A program made the translations under genes and the position numbers. From Trichosphaerium sp. ATCC 40318 (Eukaryota; Protista; Tubulinea): 64,000 bases of DNA. The stretch is taken from assembly GCA_038496445.1 (NCBI GenBank), contig JALMLS010000017.1, positions 1 to 64,000 of the forward strand. Direction: 5' to 3'. Each line of letters starts with the position of its first letter. Position 1 is the first letter of the stretch. Below, in pieces: positions 11,938 through 26,814 of this stretch. The notes beneath the pieces were generated by a model, which made no database searches, was not told the DNA's origin, and worked only from the letters and a program-made list of their open reading frames with translations.

Positions 11938-13396
11938 TTACACGTCATCCAAGCTATCAAGTACATCATCTACATAGAGTCAAAACGAATAAATTATTTC
12001 AATGAAGCATTTTGACACGTTGACAGTATGTTTACATATTTGCTGTCGTAAGAAAGAACATAATGTACGTTATTGAAGTTAAACAAGTTTTGAACCAAGG
12101 ATACCTCTTGGCCAGGATGCCAAGCTGCAAAAAAATTATGTTTAAATTACGTACCATCTTCCCACGTGAAGTCGTCAACAATCATGTCATTATCTTCCGT
12201 TAGATCTTGCTCTGTCATACCTAATTGATCAAGCTCATCTTTGAAATCCTGTTTCCAATTATCTACCTCCTTGTCAACATCAAAATCATCACCAATCAAG
12301 TCAGATGCGAAGGCCATATTATGTTCTTCTGATGTCTCCTGTTCTTTAGGTGATTCCTTGGGTTCTTGAGTTTCCACTGGCTTATTGGAAACCTCATCTA
12401 TTAATCAAGTTATACGAAGAGTACACCGTAACCACGTACCAGCGCTCTGTATTTCTTGTTTTTTCAAGTCTGTTTCTTCATTCACTTCCTTCGACTCTGG
12501 TTTTGCTGCGACATTGTCATCTACCTCTCCCTCTGGTTTTTTTGGTTCGTCTTGTCCTTGATCAATGAGGCCATACGCTCTCTTTAGTAAATGGATGCGA
12601 TAAAAATAATTCCTCCAAAAATCATCTTCATTTATAACACGTGGAACTACCTCAAACCTTATCTTTGCCAATTGTTTATCTTGCTTTAAAGACTCTATAG
12701 CACAAGGTAACAGAGCTTCCATATCAAATGAAAACGTATTATCTTCGTCTATGGCTTCAGATGGGCAGTTTGTTAAATTCCGCTTACTCTGAAAAAAATA
12801 AGTAAAGTTAAGAATTCAAGTTTTGGCAAGTGTCGGTTTGTACATGTGGGATTTGTAGTATATTAGCCTTTAACTGCTGCGCTATTTTTTCGTCGTGACA
12901 TTTAAACGATTCCCAAGCTGGTCGAGATACACTTGCTGCCAAAGCCCCTAGTATTGTTAACACTTATTACCACTACCCACAACGAAGACTCACTCTTTTT
13001 AGATGCCTCCTCTTCTTGTTTGCGGGTTTCATTTTCAATAATAGACTTCTCTCGTTCGATCCTAGCTTTGATAGTAGTTGTAACTTCAGAATTGGCTAAT
13101 TTATCAGTTGTGACAGCTATGGTGCGCGAAACCGTGGTGCTTGCAGTTCTTGCCACATTCCCAACGGCATTTTTGGCTCTGGAATAAAATGATGCTAAAG
13201 AGCGTAAGTAACAGCTACAAAAGCGACAAGGGCTAATTGTTACGGTACAGAAAAATCCTGAAGTCTCTGGGGGTTGTGGGTCTACTGGCTGCCCATCTAT
13301 ACATAAAATCAGTTAAATAATAAATACTCGACGATCTAAACGCTACGAACCTGCGTTTTCAAAGGCATAACCACTAATAACTTTATTGGTAGTCAT
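11938..13396 (-). CDS. BSD domain protein (SYAP1-like)
   Basis: DKQLAKIRFEVVPRVINEDDFWRNYFYRIHLLK is the BSD signature; the C-terminus is acidic. Confidence 0.85.
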
Positions 13397-13484
13397 TTCA
13401 GGTATGTACACGCATTTACATTTGAATTTAGCGAAAATAAGCGTTTTGCTAGTCAACGCAGTTATTCACGGCTTACACAAAACA

Positions 13485-13881
13485 ATGGCGCAACCTACGC
13501 CATCTGCCTCCACCAGCGCTGAGCCTATACTCAAACCTACCGATTTATACAAGTCGAAATATGGTTGGCTTGGAAACAAGCCGTTCCACGTTCCACAACA
13601 TATGAAACCTAAGTTCAGGGAGAGATAGTACGCATTTGTGCGTAAATAGAGTGAATTAACTTCTACAGTTTCGCATGGCAAATTGGATTTATCACATGGT
13701 TTACAATGATGTGGGGAATCAAAACATACTGGATAGAGGTATTTGAGAGCATTTTGGACATCAAAATCTCTAAAACGCTTTACAGGGCATAGAATTTGGT
13801 ACTGCCAAGAATTTAGATCCTAGAGGCCCTTACAACCCTAAAACCGATTCATTTGAACCCGAGAAAGCAATTAGACACTAA
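13485..13881 (+). CDS. Small single-TM protein, possibly a mitochondrial complex I accessory subunit (NDUFB2-like)
   Basis: Three exons: MAQPTP...KPKFRERYFAWQIGFITWFTMMWGIKTYWIEGIEFGTAKNLDPRGPY...RH*. The aromatic-rich TM segment is clear; the family call is tentative. Confidence 0.5.
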
Positions 13882-14159
13882 ACAAACTCACTGTATCTTT
13901 GGTATGCATTCTCTACGCGCAAGGGCTCATCTTTGTCAACTACAAACGCTTTATCCCTTGTACAATGAACCTATAAAACATTTCTCTCTTGTACAACAGG
14001 TTGATAAAATTAAATAGCTACGTGGAGCCGTAAGTATAGGTGGGGAGCGCTAATACAACGACATCAAAAGCCGTATAAAATAGCACTGACTGTGAACTCT
14101 AACTTAACCCTTTTTGTTTCATATTTTTTGATTTACACTGAGAATTGTACTACATCGTG

Positions 14160-15565
<1,406 letters not shown>

Positions 15566-15679
15566 TATTTACAAAGTAATTGTTCACATGGCGCCATCAA
15601 TGCTACACTGTGAGGAAAGATCTTGAACCAATGATCCGTTGTAATAACGGTAATAAATAAATTTGCCAATTCTCCTTCC

Positions 15680-16119
15680 CTAGTAGTCGATTATGCCGCG
15701 TTGTAGTTCTTTTGTGGATGGTGATAGCGCAAACAGTTTTCCTCTCTTGATATGTTTTGTACGCGATCTAGCTCTTCCTCTGAGGCGTGGATCGTCGTTG
15801 TCTAGATCTGTACAAAGAAAAGTAAGAAAAATGATAATGAAATTGCGTGTCATGCCCAAGAAGTCGTCATCTCGGTGTACCTACGCGAATTTAGTAGTTT
15901 ATAAACATTCTTGGCGTACACGGATTGTGCCAAGGAAGAACTGCTTCATCAACTCTCCAAAACAGCGCCAAGACCAGTATACGCCACTGAGGAGCACTGT
16001 AAACACAAAGAGGCTTACACAAATAATTTTAATCTGTTTTTTTTGGTAAGTGCTAATTACGTGTTTACTGGTACAATGCGTACTTGAGCTTGCTCATAGG
16101 AGTTGTCAAAAGTAAGCAT
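15680..16119 (-). CDS. Small hypothetical single-TM protein
   Basis: Spliced model MLTFDNSYEQAQIKIICVSLFVFTVLLSGVYWSWRCF...GIIDY* using GTACGC-donor introns. No homology recognised. Confidence 0.45.
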
Positions 16120-16300
16120 TTTATCGTTCCGTAAATGCTAACGGCAAAACCTACTTGTAGCGCCAAAGATCACTGCAGAGCTTTGTTGATGCAATGTGAG
16201 GTAATACTTGTATGCTTCAATTCCGTAATGGCAGACTCTCTTGACTAAAGGTTGACTTTTTAAAATAGGAAAAGCGTTATTGTGACCTCTTACGGGGCGT

Positions 16301-19300
16301 ATGAGCGACAAAGACGATCTAGATATCACAAAACAGAGGGGCTATGACAGATTTGCCGACGATTTTAGGTTACAGCTCAATAGCTTCGATAGAGCAAAGG
16401 AGTGGGCCGATTTGATTAAATGCTTGCAAAAACTCACAAAGGCATCAAATATGTCCAGTGTAGAAGCTTCTAATCTGTTATCTAAAGGTATTGTCGAAAT
16501 ACAGGCAAAAATTTCCCGTAGTGCCTCACAAGCGCTTGTTCAGTAAGAGGCTAGCTCAATGTTGTAATCCAGCACTCCCTTCCGGCGTACATATAAAAAC
16601 GCTTGAAATGTAAGCTATCGGTTTATCCGGTTGTAGGTGCGCGTGTTTATTAACTTGTAACGTGTAGGTATTTGCTTATATTTAAACGCATTGGACCCGA
16701 ACGCCTTGCACGCGATTTAGCACTGTACTCAACCGGGCTTTTCCCTTTATTCCAATACGCGTCAACGCAAGTGAAAGTAAGCAACACCCTTTAATTGAAA
16801 ACTTTTTTTTATTTAACTCAAGTTAGCCCGTAATTCTAGATCTCTTTGCGAAATACATAGTGCCATTAGGCGTCAACCTAATGTCAGCAATTCCAGGCCT
16901 TGCAATGGCTCTTTTACCAGGGCTGGGTACATACACTGCGTGCTGTATTCTGTATACTTATAATTATTGGTAGAGGAGCAAAACTCTGAGTATTATGAAC
17001 GAACTTTACATATTATGGAGTTAATAGTGAGAGCAACTTCAAGATCACTTTTTACACATTCTATTTGGAAAGCATTATATTTAAATCCTTCTTTACGTCA
17101 GTCAGCTGTAAATTACTTGATTGAGAAGCTTCCTGATGATGCTAAGACAATGAAAGCGATAGTGACTCAAGTCGGTAAACCTTTAATTCTTACTGCACTT
17201 AAAGCAGCTTCAAATGATGCTAATATTTTGGTGCGTCCTTTTTCAAATGACATTGTTTTTTTTTCTATTTTTTTTTTTTTGGCTTCAACGAATCGTATCG
17301 CATCTTACTACGACACATTTCGAATAAGTAGCTTTAGTTAAATGGTTGTCGCCCTTTGGTTATTTTTTATAGCTTATAATTGGTCTAGGTGCAACGTGGT
17401 ATTCTCGACATCCTAATCTCACATTTTCGTCTTGATTTTGATATTTTCATGCGAGAAGAATTAGCTAACTTGTTTGGGTCTGTTGTTCAAATCCAATTAA
17501 GAAAGGAAGTATCTCTTAACCGAAGGCTTTACCAATGGTTTATGGGCTCTAAAGCAAACAACCGGGAGTATTTTATAAAACACTCAAAGGGACCTTTACT
17601 AGCTGCAATAAAGAAAAGTTTCGATTTTGTATCAACAGAAGCAGATGCAGCAACACGTCCGTTTAAAGTTCTTATTGGTATCTTGGATAATGTATCTATT
17701 GGAGAGCTTATTGTAAGAGATATTCTTCAATTCGTCTTACAAGCATTGTACACATACAAGGACGGTTATGCTTGTTCTAACGAGGTAGGATTGTATGACT
17801 GGTCAAAGTTAACTGTTTGATTTTTTCTTTAGGTTATTGCTATTGTGAATGCTTTGTTGGATGAATTAAGACCACAAATCGTTTGGGATTTTACAAATGA
17901 TTTTATTAAAACAAGCATGGAGGGTTGTAAGAGGGATGAAGAAGTTTATGCTATCCCTCTCATTGATGCATTACTGGAAAAAATGGTAAAAATCAATACG
18001 CCTGCAGCGCAGACTCAATATTTGCCTTCTCTTGTAAACGTGATTATTGGCGGTTTCGAGGTACCTCAGATCATGTTTACTAGGCTTTTTGTTGACATTT
18101 GAATAGAACCTTGCATCTCAAGGGCACATGGGTCAACTGTTACAAGCTGAGCGATTGTGCTTACGCACAATAGGTAAAAAACGAACAATCTACCATAGTG
18201 TTTTACTGATTGTTTTAAGGAAAAATTCATCCTGAAGTGACACCATTTTCGAAAGGCCCTTCATCGGCCTCTACACCAAAACATATTCTTACAGCAACTA
18301 AGGCATATCACGCCTTTTTTGAGAAGCTCCAGAGCGTATTCTTAACGGCTGTTTGGGAAAAAGAAAAAGATGAAAAAAAGTTTGCAGTCACAGAAGCTGT
18401 AGCAGTGTTTGATATTGCTTCACAATTGCTTGTTGCTTTACACTCCCATTTTAAAATAAACCACGCTAGTGTGGGTCCTGAAAATGCAAATCAATTACCA
18501 CCTTGGTTTGTAGCTACATTGAACACAATACAAAAGGTACAAAGAGATAACTTACGTTTTTTTGCTTGTTAAGTAATTGTTTAATAGAGTAGTAATCCAA
18601 TTGTAAGCTGTCATGCTATTAGAACATTCATAGCTGTTATGAGTCTACCAGAGAATGGTGGTTTTACTTCAAAGATGCAACAATATGTTATTTATGGATC
18701 GAGACATTGTTATCAGGTTGCAAGTCAAGTGCGTACTTTTTTGCTACGAGAGTACAATGTTGTAGTTAGTTGTATTTATTGAGGTTTTAGCTTTGGCGTT
18801 TGCTTCATCCTAACCTTGCGGTCGTTCACTACAGAGCAGCTAGACTCTTTTTAGAGTTGAGTATGATATGTTCTGATGTTTGTCAAGATGTCATCTCTGA
18901 TGCATTAATTCAGTCTGATATTCATCAGCGTGTGGGAAATCTTCAACAGTTTGCATTGCTGTGGCGACTCACTGGTGAGATTGGTACCTCTTCGAGGCCA
19001 TTCTCTCGGAATCTCTTTCTTATGCTCGATGCATTATCTGAAGATGATCCAATGGCAAGATTAGCTGGTAGAACGTGGCTCGCAGATAGTATACACAGAC
19101 CACAAAGGTATAAAATTTTTTTTTCTTCATTATGGCTCTAACGCTTGTTGGTAGGATTCTAGACCCACTGTTCCTTGTTTTATTGAATAAGACAACTGCA
19201 CGTGCTAATAATATATATAGTACAGAATACGATTGTCGTCGTGTCCTTTATGTACGTGTAATCTAGTTTTGAAGCAACTAGCTAATCTTTGTTTCCTGTT

Positions 19301-22300
19301 TTAGGTATTTAAGATTCTACGAAACATTATCTCTTGTGAGTTCAGGTTATTCATGCAGCATATTATTGAAACACCTCCGTCCAGAGACATAATAGATTTA
19401 TGTAATAAGCAAGTACTCGTACAACATACACAACATGCGGAAGGTACATCAATCGGAGAGGACTTTGGGATGGATGTGAAAACATGTTTTGATTTGCTCG
19501 TTTTGGTTTCTCTTCGTTTTATTTCTGGGCAGCCACCGGATTCTATTACAAGTGGATTCAAGGCAAAAAATAACGTTGTGCAAGTACGTGATTACTAGAG
19601 ATACAATAGTATGCATTGAGTTAACCCAGAACCAAGGTAAGCGCTGCAGAATTTTTGCAGCTTCTATTGAAAAAATGATTGAGGCTTCGTTTATTACTAG
19701 CGAAATTGCTCATATTATCCATGACCCAGTATTAAAGAATCTAGCACAAGCAGTTACATCAGGAAACTTGATGTTGCAGCGCCAATTGTTATCTCTTTTG
19801 AGAACTATTGTGTACCTTGACAACTACGGTAAAGGTGACAAAGAACTAGGCTTTAAAGAGGTAAGTTAGTGCAAGATTCTTTTATGTCCTTTCGTAGTAT
19901 TAATTTCTGGAATAAGGAGGATAATGCGCAGAAGCTCAGTAGTTCTCCTATGTTCTTACAAACTGTTATTGTGGGCCTGTTGCAACCAAACACACACTTC
20001 AATATCCGGTTTTATTGGCTTGAATTTATAACATCTATACTACCGTTTATGTATAACTATCAAGGAGTGAATTGTGAGGTAGTTATTAAATGCTTATGTG
20101 AGATATTATATAACTTTGATCAAGCATATGATAGCATAACAACAAAAGTACGAACACATCATATTAAATGACGAAAAATTTTTTTTGTTGAATCGCTAAT
20201 TTCGCTCTTTAGGATATAGTGATGGTGTTAAAAGCTTTGCATGTCATTATGAAGTTAGTATTACTTAACAATGAAGTATCTAATGAAGCCGAAAAAGTTA
20301 TGCCAATTCATGAAAGCGCAACAAAAGCGATTTTGTCAAGTTTTGCTAAGGTAAGGGTTTAGTTCAACTTTACATCATTTGTTCTACTTTATTCTAAACA
20401 TCTTTGTAGATATTTCAAGTTGACAATATGCCAGCACCTCCATCTCCTTCTGAGGAAGCAAAAGAACACGTGCTACAAACACTACCAACGCTATTTTCAG
20501 CATTACTTTACGTATGGGGTAGTACACCAAAACAGGCTTCTTCAAGGGTATGTCTTTGCTGTTAACCACCCGTTTTATTGTCTAACCTTTTGTTTCAGCC
20601 TGACTTGGTAGAGACATTTTCCAGGGAGTCTTTACGTAATAGATATTGTGTACAAGATGATGTCATTAAGATATTCGAACCTATATTATTAAGTTACCCT
20701 CTGCAAACGGTGTATGCTTTAATAGAGTTGTGGCATCCTAGTAAAGGCGAACCAGTTGGATTTGGAACGAAAAAGAGTGTTGGTGATTTGAAAGAACAAA
20801 GAGTTATTCTAGTTAATATACTTCGTACAGTTGTATCTGATGAAGGGTAAGAGATTTAGCAATTGCCTTGTTGTTAATCTTAACTCTTTTTTTAAGGCTT
20901 GTTCCCTTCCTAGAGTCAATTTGTAGGACCCTTTATGCCTCTCATCAAGAAGACAAGATGAAGCGTACAGAAATAAACAAGGCTAACACCGGTATAGTCA
21001 CAATGTACGTTGTAAAGAGGCTCGATGCTTGAAAACAATCTGTTTGGTTTTTTTCCTTCTAAATTTTTTCTTTCAGTCATGCTATTGATGGTGTTGCGTT
21101 ATGGATGTTGGCTGAATTTGCTAATCAGTCAAAAATGCGTATTGGTGAACGTGAAATGACTACTGTTGCTATACTTCTAAAGGAAGCATTGTCATCACAT
21201 AACCCTTACGCACATGTTCATGCTTTGAGGATTTTACACATGTTCTTGAAGAATAGTGGACCTATTCCTAATCGCAAACTTAAACGCGATTTACAGGTAT
21301 TTAATACTGTTTTACTCTTTGATGCTTAATGTTGATAGGATATTGCTCAAAAAGTTCTTGAGACGTGCTTACGGATAGCAGGAAATAGCTTCGAAGATTA
21401 CTCTTCACAGTGGGAATTATCAGTTCAGTTTGAGCCAGCATCTCCAGTGAGGTAAGGCTTTCTTTCCGAATAATGTGAGCTTGAGTTAAATCTTTTTCAG
21501 GGCGAAAAGTTATGACCAGAATGAGACAGCAAAAACCACTTCTCGTTCTAAGCAAGGCACTCATGCCAAGGTAGAATCTGCAGGTAAAGATGTATTGAAG
21601 CAAAAAGCAATGAGGGATTTCGATAAATGTCTTCAAGTTGCTTTAGAAACATTGTTTCAAGATGACAAGGACAAAGTTGTTGTATGTAGTATAAGTCACT
21701 TCATTAGTTTTTTTTAGATAACAGTACGCTCACATTCATCTACAGGCGCTCATAAACTCACTCATACATCAATTATTACCTATTGCAAAGAAACAAAGGT
21801 ATACACTTACAGGGTTTTTTTTCTTAATTTTTTCTTCTTCAAATCGAAACTGCTGTTCCAAGTGATTATCATCAATGCTAATAGCTTTAAATTTTTAGAA
21901 ACGAGAAAGTGGGTGTACTTGCAGTTGAAGTTATACATCGCATTATTAGTTACCCACATTCTATTCGCGCATGGAAGAAGCAACTTACAGATTATTTTTA
22001 CAGTAGACAATTCTTTAGCATGCATACTGATATGGTGCCTATATGGGCTTCTATTATCAATCATGTATTCGCACAAGATAAAACAGCATTTGCAGATCTT
22101 ATGCGTACGTTTATAACATACACATAAACCAACAAAACCAAAACAAACAAGAGAACAAAAAGTCCTTATTTATTTGTTAGGTTCTATATCTAGAAGTGTT
22201 TCTGCTTTGTCTGCTACGGCCATATTCGTTAACAAGGAAGAAGAAGGTCGTGCGAGAGGAGTACATATGAGGCGTCTTGCTTTTGTACGTCACAAAACTC

Positions 22301-23204
22301 AATTGAATACAAGAACTGTTTCTGCGAAGTCTGACATTTCTACTGTAGGTGTTATTCTCTGGTGCTTATGATCAATACTCAGATGCTTTGCCAAGTATAC
22401 TAGAGAAACTAGGAGATGCATTTAAGCTAAAGAACTCATTTGAAGAAGCAACTAAAGCAGAAGTGTTCAGGTACGGCTTTCGTGTTTTGTTCTATTTATC
22501 TTTGCTTTTTCCGCATGGATGTACACTAATAGTGTTTACAAACAGGGTTCTCAGTGTTCTTCGTATTCGTGTGGATGATAGCGCCTTACGTTCATTCTGG
22601 CCTGTAATTCTAACTGAGATGATCGCTGTGCTTCAAAAAGCAAGTGAAGATGAAGCAAAGAAAGTAAAGAGTAAAGAACTCGTATTGTCTGTTATCAAAT
22701 TTCTTGATATTATGACACTACTGCCTTCTGAGCATTTTAACATGTACGTCAAGTATTCTTTTCGTTTGATTTTTCTTCTTTTGAGTGTTATAGTTCCATA
22801 CAACCTCAGAGACAAAACTAACAGTGTTCTGTAGTCACAACTGGATGTTCTCCCTTGATATGATTGATATCCCTAAATCTAGTCGTTCTTTCCTTCCGTA
22901 CCTTGATCGTATGGCTAAAAGGCGTAAGAAATTATCGATGAAGACTCTTGATAAACATACAGCATCACCGTTTATGTCTACTAAATCTTTGGCTGATTTG
23001 AATTGGCAAGATCATAAAGATGTTCTTGCTTCACGTGTTGGAGATTTCTGTAATGTTAGCTATGCTAAACAGGTGCAAGGAAACAAACTTGATTTATCAG
23101 TAATAGATAAGCATATAATGCTTGATTTTATTGACAGACAGCCACTCAAGGTGGACCAGTTTGTAATTACTAAAAGCGATGATAAAGAAACGCGCTCAAC
23201 TTAG
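16301..23204 (+). CDS. DOP1: Dopey / DOP1 family Golgi-endosome trafficking protein
   Basis: [109 protein letters not shown]. Confidence 0.93.
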
Positions 23205-23435
23205 CCAAAAAAACACCATCTAAACACCCTTAAAAATAGCATACACTATGTAAAATTCATTAATAAACCCCATTGTACAAAGGAAAACACTTAACGGGCC
23301 TTGAGAATTAAGTGGTTTACAAAAAAAACGGACTGATGTCAGTGCAGTTTTTCTTGTCATTCAATGAATTATTCCTGTTGACTTTTTAAACCGGTTTTAC
23401 GCAGCCGTATTTAATGTATTATTAGTCTAGTAAGT

Positions 23436-24590
23436 ATGAGCAGCCTATCTACACAACATAAATTACTTTTCCAAGCTATTTGGGCAAAACAGGTCATAAC
23501 AGAAGATGATTTAATAGAACTCTCTAATACTATTTGGGATAGCCTGGAAAGTGCGTTTATAGGCGTGAAAACATCTACAACACTCATATTACATTTCAGT
23601 ACCCCGCCAAGACTCTGAAGTGCTTGTATATGATTTAAATGACAAGTTAAAGCCTCTGTCGTTTGAAATACGCAAAACAAAGTAAGTTTGTTTTATTTGG
23701 CGCCAAACGCAGCCACAATGCACGTAATTCGCGCTGTTTTACGCTCGTAAACTCCAATAGTCACTTTTAAATCTGATTTCTCAAACACATTCACATTTTC
23801 TTCCAGGTCTATAGCCACAGGGCAAGTGTATTGGGCCGTAGTTAACAACTTAAATGACGTTACAGCACAACAGTTTGGAAGCTCTTTTACACATTTACAA
23901 GATCAGTATTACAAAAAAATTGTTCGTATAAACATTAATCTGTCTTGCTTTGTTTTAACGCTGTTCTATCATAGTTACATTTATTACTAAGCGAGATGGC
24001 ACCTATATCTATAACAGATGCTATCAATGAAAATCCAGCTTCAATGACAAAGAGAGAAGCAGAAGAGCAGCTATCCAAGTTTGTAGAAAAAATGCACGTG
24101 ACATTTTTTTTTTGACTTTTTCTCAAAAAAGTTGACTGGGCTTCTAGGTGGTTTGAGATGAAAGATGAAGATACTGTTACGTTAGGTGTTAGGTAGGCCC
24201 TAAAATACCAACTTAGTTTTATTATTGAATACCTCTGGTTCCGGTGGCGGAGGCTTTACAAATCTTGTGCTACAAATTCTTCAAATTCTTGAGATACAAC
24301 CCAACAGTTTTCTGCAACCCTTCGGTTTCGCTTATTTTACAATAATTCCATGCGTGGCAAAAACTTGTTCGAACTTTCTTTTACACGTGATTTGTACTCA
24401 TGGTTTTTTTTTACTTAGAACGATTGTTGAAATGAGGAATTACAAGTTTGGTGACAAGTTACTCTCTGATTTACAACAAAACTTTGGTGAAGATCGTCAA
24501 GAGGATGAACAAGATGATGAACAAGAAGATGAACAAGAAGATGAACAACCAAAAAGTGCCAGTGATGATGTATTTGAATTTGGAGATTAA
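23436..24590 (+). CDS. NSE1: SMC5/6 subunit Nse1-like (winged-helix part only, acidic tail, no RING)
   Basis: HKLLFQAIWAKQVI; LNDKLKPLSFEIRKTKSIATGQVYWAVVNNLND; MTKREAEEQLSKFVEKMWFE...VTLGVRTIVEM follow the Nse1 WH-A/WH-B pattern. Confidence 0.75.
24498..24548 (+). repeat. 12-nt coding tandem repeat (CAAGAAGATGAA-like, x4; QEDE)
   Basis: caagaggatgaa caagatgatgaa caagaagatgaa caagaagatgaa caa. Confidence 0.85.
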
Positions 24591-25540
24591 ACAAAAAAAA
24601 ACGACACAATTGCAAAAAAGAAAATTATGTACAAAAATTTGTAATTGTAATCAATGTCACTTCCTAACAGATGAATGTCTTAAAAACTCATATGTGCCTT
24701 TATCTTGACTTTTATTGATTTTCTGAACAATATCTGAGCTGTTTTTGCGACTAAATATTATGTTTCAAAAATGTTTTCGGCCTCTTTGTTAATTGAACAA
24801 CCACTTCTACATTGCCTTTCTTCCTATCGGCTGCCGAACAAGATTCCGAAATTTCATTGAATAACAGGAACAGCTTATTGCAGCACTTGTGACGAAGATT
24901 ATGTACTTGTATATATGTCATTCTTGAGTGTATTTGATTGCAGTTTGCAAAAACTATTGAAATTTCTAAACTGGCGAGAATACGTGCTTTTAAGTGATCG
25001 CAAACCCATAATTTTTTTCATTTGAAAGATTGATCTATAAAAACTCTTCAACAACATCTTACAAATGGAATGGTAAATATAATGGTGCACTATGTGTTAG
25101 AGATCCCAAGCAAAAGTTTGGTGATTGCTAAGCACGTTGTAAGTTACAGTGATTCATCGAATACTCAAACAACGGAATTTAACTTAATGTATAAGAAAAT
25201 AAAGAGAATAATAGGAGAAGAATCACTGTAATGCCATACATCGTAACATCGGAACTAATATGTTAAAAACTTGTAACATATTGGCTTCCTAACAACCCCC
25301 TCACACCTCTTAGGTGTGACTTACAAATCACTTGACGCAATCACCAATACCTTCCTTTTTATTTTTTATATCTTGATACCGATAAGAGTGATCGCTTGTC
25401 TTTCCTTTGTCAGACTAGTTCGTCACCATAGTCGTTGTAAACAAAACTTCTAGAGACAACAAAGATGTCAGTTCTCCCAGAACAAAGGGCATGGGCAATT
25501 GAAAGAACTGCAATTTTTTATTGGTGAAGCAAAACATGAG

Positions 25541-26551
25541 CTATAAGGTTGCTTTGAGTTGTTTGAAGAAATCTTCCCAGGAGATATGATCTCTTCCTGT
25601 CGCTTTCTTATAATCACTTGGAGCAGTAGCCTTGCCTTGCCGAATACCAGCATAAATACCAGTAATTACTGTACCAAAGAAATCACCTAGCTCTGCTTTA
25701 CGATCTTTTTCATACTCCTCAACAGTCATTGGCTTGTAGACAATCTTAGCATCATATGTTTCGCTCAAGTACTTTGCCAACTGACTCTGAGTGATAGCAG
25801 TACCACTCAAGTTATAAACCTTGCCGTTATGTTCGTCACTTGTAAGCATACAAGCGTAAGCGTATGCTAATTCAGGTCTTGTACAATATCCACAAAGTCC
25901 ATCAGCAGCACAATTTGTGATAGCTCCAATCTTTTTGTAAGTCTCTATGTACTCAACGTCAGGTTCAATGTAAATACCATTACGTCCAATCACCTTATTG
26001 GCATTGTTAGTTCTTTGTAAGTTAAAGAAAAATTGTAAAGGCACGAACCCATGATAATCCAGAATCTTGGATATCTTTTTCAGTTTGGCGATTACTGGCA
26101 ACAATAGGAGAAAACGCATTGTCAGTTTCTGATCCTTGAATGCTTGTGTATACTATTTTAGATACACCAGCGGCTTTAGCAGCTTCTATTACGTTTCGAT
26201 GTAACGGAATACCTAAACAGTGGAGTTTAGACACGTGTACGATAACAACATGAATGCAAGATCATTTTTATAAAAAAGGAAAGCTGCCTTAGTGATGTAG
26301 TCGTGGATGACACGTACCGCTTTTGGTTCGCCCATGCCTGAAACAAGTAATACAGCTTTAACACCCTTGAGAGACTTTTCTAGAGCTTTTCTATCTCCGT
26401 AGTCCCCTGGACGTACTTCTACACCCAAATACTCTGCCTTTGCGACTGTTCGTGCAAGAGCAACAACATGCTCCTTACCGACCTTCTTGATGACCGCCTG
26501 TGTTATTGCACCACCTAATTTACCACTCGCGGCACATACGGCAATTTTCAT
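25541..26551 (-). CDS. NmrA/QOR2(YtfG)-like atypical SDR NAD(P)H oxidoreductase, bacterial type, 2 introns
   Basis: MKIAVCAASGKLGGAI, HRNVIEAAKAAGVSKIVYTS, GRNGIYIEPD, RPELAYAYA, GKVYNLSG. Confidence 0.88.
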
Positions 26552-26814
26552 CGTTAACTTGTTCTTGTGTCGTTTTAACACTATTTTGTCCAAGTTTGAC
26601 CAAAAAACATGTGAAAAAAACAACGTTTCGGAAAAACACTCCCATTTTCGGAACATACCACATAAGACAAGGAAAAATTCCCAAAAAAAGCTAGAGCGTT
26701 GTTGAATCGCTCTCCAATTTCAGTTGAAAAATGCAAGAGACAGTGTGAATTTAGTAAGTTTCATAAATAAGACAGTTGAAACTTCGTCTTTTTTTTTGTT
26801 TTATTTTGGCTATC

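Noticed and set aside
16138-16329. ORF resembling a mitochondrial presequence
   Set aside because: Non-ATG start, overlaps the Dopey start codon and promoter.
24340-24417. CVAKTCSNFLLHVIC resembles part of an Nse1 RING
   Set aside because: It lies inside the intron (overlapping the polypyrimidine tract) and upstream of residues that must precede the RING; probably coincidence.
24650-25250. Short open stretches on the minus strand
   Set aside because: No coherent spliced model or recognisable motif.
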